In this document: positions 24,279 to 37,171 of the stretch, one piece after another | Numbering within the stretch: position 1 is the first letter of the stretch | Layout: each line of letters opens with the position of its first letter | Source: Octopus vulgaris | Lineage: Eukaryota | Reading direction: 5' to 3' | Assembly: GCA_951406725.2 (NCBI GenBank) | Contig: OX597815.1 | Span: 189,864,001-189,926,000, forward strand | DNA length: 62,000 nucleotides | Position numbers and translations under genes: made by a program | The notes under the pieces: model-generated | Seen by the model: the letters and a program-made list of their open reading frames with translations, nothing else | Database searches by the model: none | Told to the model about the DNA's origin: nothing

Positions 24279-24986
24279 TATATATATATATATATATAAG
24301 TTCAGCAAAATTTAGATTCAGATGAATATGGTACTTAAGTTAAAGGCACCAGAATTTGGTATGGTATTATCCATACAAATCAAATAATCATAATAAGCAA
24401 CAAGGATATCCAAGGTAGTGTAGTACAATCATTTCATGCTACTTCATTTTATTAAACACTGTAAGTATTACATCAGTTTTAAAAGTATTGTTAATACTTA
24501 CATCACATCATAACATCATGAATAAAAGACAGGAATTAATGATACGATGTAAACATATTTACTACACTACTTTTAAGATTATTCCCTAGATAATTAATAA
24601 TTAATCATGTGAGTAATTGGATATTATAACACCCACAAACCATGGTATAATGGATTAGGAATAATGCATACTTAAGTAAAATAGCAACGGAGATTTTTTT
24701 TAGTTACTGCTATCATAGAAATATCCTTCCACATCTATCTTTTATTCTTTTTTATGATAGAAGGATTCCATTTATATTATTTTTCATTTTCCTATATTCA
24801 TTCTCTTATTTTTCACATTTTATTTTCTTTGTATTTTCTGTTGTCTTGGTTTTATACTCATTTTAATTTATATTTTGTTTGGTTTTTGTTTTTACTTATT
24901 CTTCTCATTTAATACCAGTGGAATTTACTACACCACCCTCTCAATGAATCGTGGCTTAGCACACCATTGCAGCAATACCAATGGTA

Positions 24987-26533
24987 TTGAGTCATCCCAT
25001 AAATAATGCGTTTTTTCAATTGCATGAACTAAAAGTCCAATCAGGACGGGATGAACTACCTGTATCGAGTTGCAAGCCAAAATTTTACCTTTTACTTATT
25101 CTTAGTGCAGATTCTGAAGAGTGCAGTACGATTTTAACAGTTATTTTTTTCAAAGCTACAAAGGAAGTGACAAAGGATCATATTCAGCATATTTTTATTT
25201 ATGAGTTCAATAAAGGCAACAACGCAACGGAAAGTGCGAGTAATATTAATGCAGTATATGGGGATCGGTCAAGAAGCGTAACCCAGTGTCAATGAGTGAC
25301 TGGTGACGAGAAATGGGTTCTCTATAAAAATGTCAAGCGCCGAAGACAGTGGGTAGGAAAATAGAAACATCGACACTCCAGTCTAAAAAAGGTCTTCACC
25401 TACGTAAGGTGTTGTTATATGTTTGGTGGTATATGAAAGGCTTAGTCCACTTTGAACTTTTAGACCCAAACCAAACGAGACCAAATCGGGTCAATGGGTT
25501 CCTCACAATCTTACCCAATCTAATCACGCGCAGAGAGTGAATGCGTGCTCTTCTTCGCTGTCACGTCTCACGAATGAATTTTTTTTTTTTTTGGACTGAA
25601 TAGTGACCGGTGACGAGAAATGGGTTCTCTATAAAAATGTCAAGCGCCGAAGACAGTGGGTAGGGAAAATAGAAAACGGTGCTCCACCTACCATATTCGT
25701 TGGACATTGCCCCATCTGATTATCATTTATACCGCAGGCTTCAAAATCATTTGAACGGAAAAAATATGAATTTTGTAGACGAGGTGAGAACAGTATTGGA
25801 GAGGTATTTTTCGTCATGACAAGTGAATTTTAGGATAATGTTTGACCACATACAGCAAAGATAACATTCCAAAGGCTGGAGCAGTTTGAATGGAAAACGG
25901 TGCTCCACCCACCATATTCCGCAGACTTCAAAATCATTTGAACGGAAAAAATATGAATTTTGTAGACGAGGTGAGAACAGTATTGGAGGGGTATTTTCGT
26001 CATGACAAGTGAATTTTGGAAGTGGAGCCTTGTAGAAAATGATCGTTAGATATTCTAAGCCTGATGTAGTCTTCGTAGTACTGTGACCTTACGTATTATA
26101 AGTTACAAGCATTATCGCCCGGCGTTGCTCGGATTTGTAAGGGAAATCGACCCCGGACTTATTCGTTGTAAGCCCAGTACTTATTCTATCGGTCTCATTT
26201 TGCCGAACCGCTAAGTGACGGGGACGTAAACACACCAGCATCGGTTGTCAAGCAATGCTAGGGAGACAAACACAGACAGACACACATACATATACATATA
26301 TACGACAGGCTTCTTTCAGTTTCTGTCTACCAAATCCACTCACAAGGCATTGGTTGGCCCGGGGCTATAGCAGAAGACACTTGCCCAAGGTGCCACACAG
26401 TGGGACTGAACCCGGAACCATGAGGTTGGTTAGCAAGCTACTTACCACACAGCCACTCCTGCGCCTATGTATGACTTAATTTTGAAAAATAAAAGAAGTA
26501 TAAAGAAACTGTACTATTTATGGGATGACCAGA
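24987..26533 (+). mobile_element. Rearranged mariner element with TIRs
   Basis: TA|TTGAGTCATCCCATAAATA ... TATTTATGGGATGACCAGA|TA; YEFNKGNNATESASNINAVYG, VTGDEKWVLY (twice), VLLYVWW, PPY..DIAPSDYHL; internal duplications and a SINE. Confidence 0.85.
26149..26468 (-). mobile_element. SINE family A lacking its 3' tail
   Basis: Family sequence begins at ATCGACCCCGG, directly after a Helitron-end fragment. Confidence 0.85.
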
Positions 26534-27238
26534 TATATCGTTAGATATTCTAAGCCTGGTGTAGTCTTTGTACTATTTTGTAGTACTTTGTAGTACATTG
26601 TAGTAACACCTTACGTGTTATAAGTTAATTATTTATTTTATTCCCTGACTTCCAGCCCTAACTATAACTATTAAATGTCCTGTACTAATATGAGTTCCTG
26701 TAACTCCGTAACAAGATAGATGTTGATACTTCACACTTAAAATAACTAGAAATACCCAGCTTCTCAATACCATAGCGTCCAAAATATTATAATAATCGCC
26801 AATAGCCTGCCTCTGGCCCCTAACGAATTCGTTCTGCATCAACTTTCTATACCGGATGTTAAGAATATTCATCCGTCGCAAGAGAAAACACCACCCTTGC
26901 ATAGCGTCGAAAATATTCTTGAATTCGTCGAAAGCCGGCCAAGTTGTTGAGTGTCAAATTTCAATAGTGGATGTTAATACTATTGAACCATGGTAAGAGA
27001 GAATAATAGTTTAAGGCTGATGGTCAGAAACAAGCGGCCAAATTCTGTGTAGATACAACAATGATCATATTCCTTCCTCTTCTTTTCTTTTCTTTACTTC
27101 TCTTTTCTTTTATTCCTTTACGTTGGTAGTTAATGTGTTGGGCTCTGACGACGATAGCGTTCCAATGGTCGATCACTGTATTTTCAATCCCTCAATCGAT
27201 CGATTAATTAAATTGAACCATGAGCGCACCCAAAATAA

Positions 27239-27660
27239 ATACTTATATCTTTACTACCCACAAGGGGCTAAACACAGAAGGGACAAACAAGGACAGACAA
27301 AGGGATTAAGTCGATTATATCGACCCCAGTGCGTAACTGGTACTTAATTTATCGATCCCGAAAGGATGAAAGGCAAAGTCGACCTCGGCGGAATTTGAAC
27401 TCAGAGCGTAACGGCAGACGAAATACCTATTTCTTTACTACCCACAAGGGGCTAAACACAGAGAGGAGACAAACAAGGACAGACAAACAGATTAAGTCGA
27501 TTATACCGACTCCAGTGCATAACTGGTACTTATTTAATCGACCCCGAAAGGATGAAAGGTAGAGTCGACCTCGGCGGAATTTGAACTCAGAAGATAGCGG
27601 CGGATGAAATACTGCTAAGCATTTTGCCCGGCGTGCTAACGATTCTGCCAGCTCGCCGCC
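27239..27660 (-). mobile_element. SINE family B partial tandem dimer
   Basis: Full copy 27421-27660 followed on the - strand by a head-less copy 27239-27420; junction GAAATACC. Confidence 0.85.
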
Positions 27661-27885
27661 TTCCAAAATGTATACCTGAAACAGCTGTAACTCTATAATG
27701 ATCAAGAGACCCATTATTTATGCCATACATTCACACACACACACATCCGCATGAATTAAGTTTTATCAACTGGTAAACATACTTTTAAGTATCTTTTATC
27801 TTATTATAAGCCTCGAAGCTTATACTCATTCAAGAATAAACATAATCATTCAAGAAATAAACTCTTGGAAACCATTGGAACACGC

Positions 27886-28296
27886 GGATCTTTTCGGTTT
27901 GACCGGCAGTTTTTAAAAATAATTTCCACGTAACTAAACACTTTTAAACATCGTATACTGGTAGAATGTGTTTATAAAATATCTTTTTCTCTTGGCTTTA
28001 TTGAGAAAATTCTATGGTTTGTAAGATATTTGTTGTTTCTTTTTCTTCAATTTCTGCAATTTCAACCAATCAATGACGTCTATTGAGGTGAAAACATTCT
28101 ATGCCGTATGAATATGTCTATCGTTTAAGAAACAGATTGGGTTTATTTACATTTCTGAAGAAAAAAAGATAGCCTTCCCCCATCCCTAACCCTAAAACAG
28201 ATTGAAATGCAATAGATCGATACTAGGGTCATAATTATGGGTGACAATTTCATATGACACCGCTAGAAAAATCTGCCGGTCAAACCGAAAAGATCC
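27886..28296. mobile_element. MITE with 24-bp TIRs
   Basis: GGATCTTTTCGGTTTGACCGGCAG ... CTGCCGGTCAAACCGAAAAGATCC; possible decayed 8-bp TSD GAACACGC/AAACTCGC. Confidence 0.8.
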
Positions 28297-28415
28297 AAAC
28301 TCGCAGCCAACTTTGTTGTTTCTTGCTTCTATTATTGACAAGCACAAAATTCTCATTTAGAAACAATTCGTTTTACTTCCTTACAATCCTCTCGTCATGC
28401 GTCACCCGTTACCAT

Positions 28416-28446
28416 TATATACATGTTTGAAACTTTCGTCAGCATA
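28416..28446 (-). ncRNA. Decayed minimal hammerhead-like motif
   Basis: UAUG-CUGACGA-AAGUUU-CAAAC-AU-GUA-UAUA; G12 position not G. Confidence 0.35.
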
Positions 28447-29219
28447 CACTTTTAATTTTTAGCAAGATGCCTGATATTTTATTACATATGCACAATTTCT
28501 ATCTCACTTATGATTTTCTATTTTCTATGTGCGTATTTTTTTCCAATTCACCACACACCTTTTCTCCTCTTTTCCCGCATCGATTTTTTTTCAACTACAG
28601 TTTGTTTTATGTCAGTTTTTTCGGCACCTAATCAAAGCTTTTTACGATATTAAAATATTTTCTGTATCATCTATTACGTCCTTGTTTCCCATGTTTTATT
28701 GATTAATGTCTGTAAATTGGAAAACCTGAAATTCGGAGTTATCGTTGAAGTTTTCAACAGAGAGCATTTTATTTCTATTCCATCTTGAAACTATTATCTG
28801 AAATATTCGATCGTGAAAACTGAAAACCTTAAAAGATTAAGGTGGATCATTAAAAAGTACGTAAATAAAAATATGAGACTCAGAACACGGAGAAATCTGT
28901 TACTTAACATGGACTTAAGAAACATCTTTAAAAAATCCCAGAAAATTCTACAATTGCTTCCGAAGATTGTTACCAAAGAAATTGTCGTAGTTACACGATT
29001 AAAAAAATGCTCCTGGTGGATAAGACCAAAAAATTTCAGGTTGTTACTTAACATTTAAAACAACATATAACTAAATCTGAAACCACCACAGACACACACG
29101 TCATGAACCTAGAAACTCAGAAAGCTTTACTGCCCTTAATATTTCTTTCAGGTACCACATACGATACTTTAGGTCTAGAAATCTAACTACACTATCAACT
29201 CTAAATGTAAGTTGATACC

Positions 29220-29450
29220 TATTTCTTTACTGCCCACAAGGGGCTACACACAGAGGGGACAAACAAGGACAGACAAACGGATTAAGTCGATTACATCGAC
29301 CCCAGTGCATAACTAGTACTTATTTAATCGACCCCGAAAGGATGAAAGGCAAAGTCGACCTCGGCGGAATTTGAACTCAGAACGTAACGGTAGACGAAAT
29401 ACCGCTAAGCATTTCGCCCGGCGTGCTAACGATTCTGCCAGCTCGCCGCC
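29220..29450 (-). mobile_element. SINE family B, full length, young
   Basis: Flanked by a perfect 13-bp TSD GTAAGTTGATACC (29207-29219 and 29451-29463). Confidence 0.95.
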
Positions 29451-29974
29451 GTAAGTTGATACCACAAAATAAATTGAGTTAGAAATAGTTAGCAGGCAAA
29501 TTACCTGGGAATTTATTCTTGGGGTTATAATGGGAGGCAAGGTTCACGATATCGGATGATTATCGCCTTGTCCCATTAAAATTGTTCTTTGTATTGTTTC
29601 AGGCTCCAGCAGGCGAGGAAAGAAGTCTCAAGTGGAAATGCAAATTCACAACCAGTTTTATTTACATAGTTACACAGAATAAATGAAGTGTGTCGCTCTC
29701 AATAGACCATCTCAAGCTGTGTACGTTTCGTTGTATCTCGGTTAACGCGGGCCCATTACCTCTGGAGATACGACGGGCAGGCAGGACTAGCCTGCAGACC
29801 CAGCCAGCGAATATGTATATTTAGCAAGCGCTTGCGGTGAAGAAGAGAGAGAATCTATTTGTTGGGCCCTTATATCCAGTTTGCCATCGCGAGCTTGTGC
29901 CGCTAGAAGGTAAATATGTATATAAACGATATTATTTCCATTGCGAAACAACTATATGGAAACAGGTGTTTCAA

Positions 29975-30187
29975 ATTTTGGCACAAGGCCAGTAATTTAA
30001 TCGACTTCCCCAGTACTCAACTGATGCTTATTTTATCGATCTCCGAAAGGATAAATGGCAAAATCGACCTCAACGGAATTTTAGCTCAGAACGTACATAC
30101 AGACATAGTTACAGGTAGGTGGATAAATACGAAATACCGCTAAGCATTTTGCCTAGCCTGCTAACGATGTTGTCAGCTCACAGCCTT
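29975..30187 (-). mobile_element. SINE family B, old copy
   Basis: Diverged family sequence. Confidence 0.75.
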
Positions 30188-30239
30188 CACTAAATGGTTT
30201 TGAAGAGTCCATGGTAAGTAGTATTGTAAATTTACATAA

Positions 30240-30890
30240 CTTGACATAACCGGTTTTTGTATGGCTATTCCTTCACTCTAACACTTTGACCTTTGCAAAT
30301 ACAATTGTAACGATTGACGAATCAAACATTAATATAAATAGGCGTTCAAGAAAACTCATTTACCTTTCGATAATTCCGCTTGGATAAGTAAAACAAAAAC
30401 AAGATAAATTATTTGATACTTGCATAGGCTAATTTAATGCGGTTCAATTGTGCAAATTAGAGACATTTATATCCTTGTCATTATAGGCAAAGGACACTTT
30501 ACAGAAAGGTTGGGTGGAATTTATAGAGAAGATGGACTCGCGAAATATGAGTGGATATGAATAGCCAGAATTAGGAAAGAACTAATAAAGCTATTTAAGG
30601 AAATAAGCGTACGCTTTACAGTAGATACTGTTCTTGGTATAGCTAACTTTTAGACATTACTTTCAATGAAGAGACAAAATATCAACCTTCATCATTAGCC
30701 TAATGAAAATTATGCTAAATAAATAAGAATTCCACACTCCTGGCTAATATTTTTTGTAATTCCTAACATTACTAAGGAAACCCGTTTGTCAGTGCTTCTC
30801 ATTATTAAAATGCATCTCCACGGAACATTGAATTCTTAGAGAAAATGCAATATCAGCATGCATCTAATATTTCAAAACGTAAAGTAGGAA
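30240..30890 (+). pseudogene. Decayed Penelope-like reverse transcriptase fragment
   Basis: FDI.., TLTFANTIVTIDESNINI..RSRKL, LFDT.IG, LGGIYREDGLA (30510-30542) and RIRKELIKLFKEI match the FDI..FYP / FDV.MG / GLYRDDGL-type PLE RT; frameshifted. Confidence 0.7.
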
Positions 30891-31115
30891 ACAGCGCATT
30901 ACGTGATGTAATCTCGTATATAATGTAAGGGTTAAAAGGAACGTAGATTTCGAGTTCTTTAAATTAATCTCGCTTCACTCTCCAAAACCATAAACCACAA
31001 AATTTGCAGTAGAAATTGATTAAGTTTTAGCTACACTACATGGATAAAAACTTCTCGTGTTCTATTAGAAAATACATTACCAACTGACTTTCTAATACAA
31101 TTAATTCAAATTATC

Positions 31116-31351
31116 GGTACTACTTGGGAACAGTGGTCCCGGTGCGCACACTCGCGTAGTCGCGCATCCGCGCTAGCTAGTCGTGACTAGTCGATCTTAC
31201 AACGACTACCTAGCAAAGTAAATAAAACACAAAATAAATTTTTTTACACAAAGTAAATAAAACACAAAAACAAAGTAAGGATCGACTAGTCACGACTAGC
31301 TAGCGCGGATGCGCGACTACGCGAGTGCGCACACTGTTCTCAAGTAGTACC
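31116..31351. mobile_element. MITE with long CpG-rich TIRs, MULE-like
   Basis: About 80-bp TIRs GGTACTACTTGGGAACAGTG.. / ..CACTGTTCTCAAGTAGTACC; 9-bp flanks CAAATTATC / CAAATCATC. Confidence 0.8.
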
Positions 31352-31646
31352 CAAATCATCCACTTACCTGTAACTGTGTCTACTTTGTAGAAAAACGCAG
31401 CAACTATAGATTTTATTTTAACAAAAAGAAATATGCATTCATTTCATCAGCAAAATACCCAAGTGATCATTGCTTGAACTAGACTCGTTTATATACGTTT
31501 GTGACTGGAGTACGAGGTAATCTAAGGATGTTACACATGATAGATAAGTACTTTCTCTAAGAGAAGATTTATCTCTTATAAACTAACACCATGAAATTAT
31601 ACAGCTTATGAGACATTTAATATTCTAATATTAGCTTTATCATTTA

Positions 31647-32040
31647 GTAGCAGTATTGCCCGGCGTTGCTCAGGTTTGTTTCGACCCTTTAGAATTGGAA
31701 TTTTTGAAAAGTAAAACTTTTGCATTATGTAGCTTGTTATTCTCTTTAAGTGAATATTTTTCTGGTTGAAATACACCGAAAAATGGCGACACAGGAGTAA
31801 AAAAATCGTAAAAAGTAGGTATTTTCATAGAAAAAAAAAGCACCTTTTTGATGTAAATAATTTTTGGTGTTAACATGGTCCGATTTGAATTTTGTCTTCT
31901 ACGGAATGAAGAGCAAGCCTTCTTCTATCATACTCTCAATTTTGGTCAACTTGTGCTGCAGGGTCTCGGAGGAGATAGTGTTAGTTGAAGGCTACCAAAC
32001 CTGCCATACACAGACAACGTCAGCTTTATATAGAGAGAGA
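31647..32040 (-). mobile_element. Non-autonomous Helitron, second subfamily
   Basis: AGTAGCAGTATTGCCCGGCGTTGCTCAGG end and TATAGAGAGAGA|T start on + strand, like 15098-15470. Confidence 0.7.
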
Positions 32041-32104
32041 TTACATGACTTAGGCAACAAACTTTACTTCACTTGTATACAATGTAATCTCAAATATAAT
32101 AAGA

Positions 32105-33243
32105 CATGGCTGTGTGATTAAGACATTTGCCTTGCAACAATGTGGATTTTAGGATTCAGTTCTTACTATGCAGCAACTTGAGCAAGTGTCTTCTACTATA
32201 ATCCTCAGTCAGCCAATGCCTTGTGAGTGAATTTGGTAAATGGAAACTGTGTGGAAGCCTATCGTGCGTGTATATATGAATGTATATAATTATTCAGTTT
32301 TATTTCAAGATTTCTTGCCAATAGAGAAAGAACAAGTTTCTAACCTAAATCCAGGGCTCCTTCATTGGAATTTCAACATCAACAACAGGGTATTTTTGTT
32401 TGTATGCATGTTTTCCTTTATGTATGTATTCTCATGCATATAGTTGCATATGTAGACATGCTCATATATATTTAAACGATAAATTTCTGGAAAGCTTTAC
32501 AGATTTTTACAGTTCCAGTGATGGATTGGATCAGTAATCTTCGAATTAGCTTTTTCCTTCCTGGTTTTCAGAAGCCTAATTTCTCAAGATTGGTATTTAG
32601 GCAGTGTGTTACATTTCCCAGAGCCCCCATAATTACAGTTATAAACCTGAACTTGTAATCTGGATAGAGCAAAATATATGTATGTTTGTATATGTGTATG
32701 TATGTGTATGTGGAGTGAAGGCACATGGTTTAGTGGTTAGGGCATTCTGCTCACGATTGTAAGGTCTTGAGTTCAATTCCTGGCAATGCGTTGTGTCCTT
32801 AAGCAAGAAACTTTATTTCACATTGCTCCAGTCCACTCAGCTGGCAAAAATGAATTGTACCTCTAATTCAAAGGGCCAGCATTGTCACACACTGTGTCAT
32901 GCTGAATCTCCCTGAGAACTTCATTAAGGGTCCAAGTGTCCGTGGAGTGCTCAACCACTTGCCCGTTAATTTCATGAGCATGCTATTCCATTGATTGTAT
33001 CAGCTGGGACCCTTGTTGTCATAACCAACAGAGTGCTCCTGTGTATGTTTGTGTGTGTTTGTTTTTGTCCTCACCACTGCTTGACAAACATTTGAGTTTA
33101 TTTATGTGCCTATAACTTACCAATTCAATTAAGTGACTGATAGTTTTGGGGACAAAATAAGTACTGGGGTTGATTTATCCTATCAAACCATTTAAAGTGG
33201 TGTTCCAGTATGGCCACAGTCCAATGATTGGAACAATTAAAAC
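32105..33243 (+). mobile_element. Old SINE family A split by nested insertions
   Basis: Head 32105-32270 and tail 33040-33243, separated by an unclassified element (about 32280-32675) and SINE D. Confidence 0.65.
32718..33040 (+). mobile_element. SINE family D
   Basis: GAAGGCACATGGTTTAGTGG head; matches 6411-6674 with a longer middle. Confidence 0.85.
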
Positions 33244-33254
33244 GTTAACCAATT

Positions 33255-33627
33255 AACATTATTTACATTTTTTACAATTGACGGATATTTGTCTTCATCT
33301 TGTTTGTTGTTAACACAACGTTTCAGCTGATATACCCTCCCGCCTTCATCAGGTGTCTTGGGGAAATTTCGAACCTAGGTTCTCATTCCTAAGGTATTTT
33401 TCAATGTTGTTGTTGTTGTTATTATTATTATTATTATTATTCAAGTCACTGCCTGGAATCGAACTTGGAATCTTAGGGTTAGTAGCCCGCGCTCTTAACC
33501 ACTATGCTATATGCCCATGGGCATATGGAGTAGTTGTTAACATTGTGTTAACAACAAACAAGATGAGGACAAATATTCGTCAAATGTAAATAGTGTAAAT
33601 AATTCCTCATCTCTTAAATATAGAACT
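33255..33627 (-). mobile_element. Composite element: tRNA-like head, (AAT)n, hammerhead, with inverted terminal duplication
   Basis: tRNA-like 33445-33516 (TAGCATAGTGG box A, GTTCGATTCC box B); HHR 33313-33356; 33543-33600 is an inverted copy of 33262-33318. Confidence 0.75.
33313..33356 (-). ncRNA. Minimal type I hammerhead ribozyme motif
   Basis: ACAC-CUGAUGA-AGGC...GCU-GAAAC-GUU-GUGU; palindromic AACGUU stem III. Confidence 0.75.
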
Positions 33628-33729
33628 GAATGACCAATGAAAATAATACATTTTTACCCTCTTCTTTTACTCTCTAACAAAATGTTACCCACCAATTTTA
33701 ACTATGCTATTTAATATTTCCTCATACTG

Positions 33730-33865
33730 CACATGACATGAGTAAATATGGTCAGCCCAAGGATAAAGTAAATTGCATTTGTCCAAGGTGCTACACAGCA
33801 GGACTGAAGCTGAGATCATGTGGTTGTGAAGCAAGTTTCTTACCACACAGCCATGCCTGCACCTG
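33730..33865 (-). mobile_element. Old SINE family A head
   Basis: CCAAGGTGCTACACAGCAGGACTGAA..ACCACACAGCCATGCC. Confidence 0.65.
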
Positions 33866-34077
33866 GTTAGGAGGTATTGTACATTCTTAAAATAGTTATT
33901 GGCTAGAATTATCTATAATTCTCAACAAATAATTATACAATTTAAAGAAAGAAGAAAAAAATTTATCTTCACCATAGTTTCATCAATAACAGGGCAAAAA
34001 CAAATAACTAAACGCATTAACAAAAACCGAGAGCAGAGAAATAAACAAAAATATACATACATACTTATATATTCATA

Positions 34078-35826
<1,749 letters not shown>

Positions 35827-35986
35827 ATAAAATGAGATAGGGGTTGAAAATTCAACCCACCATGGGATAATATATATGGATTGAGTATCATCGGATAGTT
35901 GATGTTTTACTGATTTAAGTATGTTTCTCCATTCTCTAATTTTGTTATATATATATATATATATATGTAGATATATATATATATGT

Positions 35987-36044
<58 letters not shown>

Positions 36045-36116
36045 GTAGATATATATATATATGTAGATATATATATATATATATATATGTAGATATATAT
36101 ATATATATATATGTAG

Positions 36117-36173
<57 letters not shown>

Positions 36174-36252
36174 GATATATATATATATATTTGTAAAAAA
36201 TGAAGTTCGAAAATGCTGCTGTATTATATAATTTTTAATTTTTATATATACA

Positions 36253-36294
36253 TTATAACATGTTTCAGTTCCTGAAATGAACCTTATCAAAAAA
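36253..36294 (-). ncRNA. Hammerhead-like motif with U3-A8 core
   Basis: UUGAUAA-GGUUC AUUUCAG GAACU-GAAAC-AU-GUU; palindromic AACAUGUU; stem I weak. Confidence 0.5.
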
Positions 36295-36669
36295 AGTTAT
36301 ATATAAAAAGAGACAGCTCATGCCGTCAAACACAAGAAATTCATTTATAATACACAACGGAGTCAGACATCTTAGAGTTCATGTATAGTTGATATATAGT
36401 TCATGTATAGTTGATATATAGTTTGAAGTATATTTCAAAGTGTTCGATGCAGTGGCCCACGGTGGCGATACGTATTCAATGCAAAAAACAGATCAAAGTG
36501 GTGGAAAGCGGTCAATACAGAAGATTGATGTTTCCGAAAGAGCGAGGAATTCATTTTTACCTTAAGCAATTGTGATGACCCATGGTGGAAGTTCGCTGGG
36601 TGGTTCTAGTGATTTTTTGTGAAATGCTTGGTTTTATAATGCCTGTTAGGTGGTCAATCTAGCGTAGCG

Positions 36670-37003
36670 TGACGTCATCAATGTTTTGACCAATCGTTTC
36701 GTTAGTTGGCTTTAATCAAGTGGAACGGGACGTCATCATTATTTTGACCAATCAGTGCATTATAACTCCCTCTTGTTTGTTTCCTGTCTTGACCAGTCGC
36801 TTCGTTAGTCAAGCATAGCGGGATGTCATTCAGATTCTGCCCAATCACGACTTATAGCTACATTAGATCTGTCCCCTGTCTGTACTTGTTAGGTGACTAT
36901 TCAAGCAGAAAAGGACGTCATCAATATTCTGACTAATGACTGTCCCCTGTTTGTATCCTGTCCATTCTAGCAGAGCTAGATGTCATCAACTTGTTGACCA
37001 ATC
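36670..37003. promoter_or_regulatory. Array of CRE/ATF-like plus CCAAT composite motifs
   Basis: Five copies of GA(C/T)GTCATCA-N6-TG(A/C)C(C/T)AAT at about 36670, 36729, 36821, 36913 and 36978. Confidence 0.55.
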
Positions 37004-37171
37004 AGAATCGGGTCTGACCCTTAGCTGTATCGTATGTATCAGGGTCAGATTTGCACGAAAGAATTTTTTTCCTTTTTTTACTAAGGCATATTTCCGTCAG
37101 AGTGAGTGTCTGTTTGAAGTAGCGGCCGTGGTGAAATTTGGTTCTCCTTTTCGGAGGACTTATCTTTTGTT

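Noticed and set aside
29700-29780. - strand hairpin GUCGUAUCUC/GAGAUACAAC followed by GAAACGUA
   Set aside because: No CUGANGA upstream and no stem I; element unclassified
33445-33516. Genuine tRNA gene
   Set aside because: Acceptor stem and anticodon (CTACTAA loop) are irregular, and it is embedded in a repeat; treated as a tRNA-derived head. SINE heads elsewhere are likewise not tRNA genes
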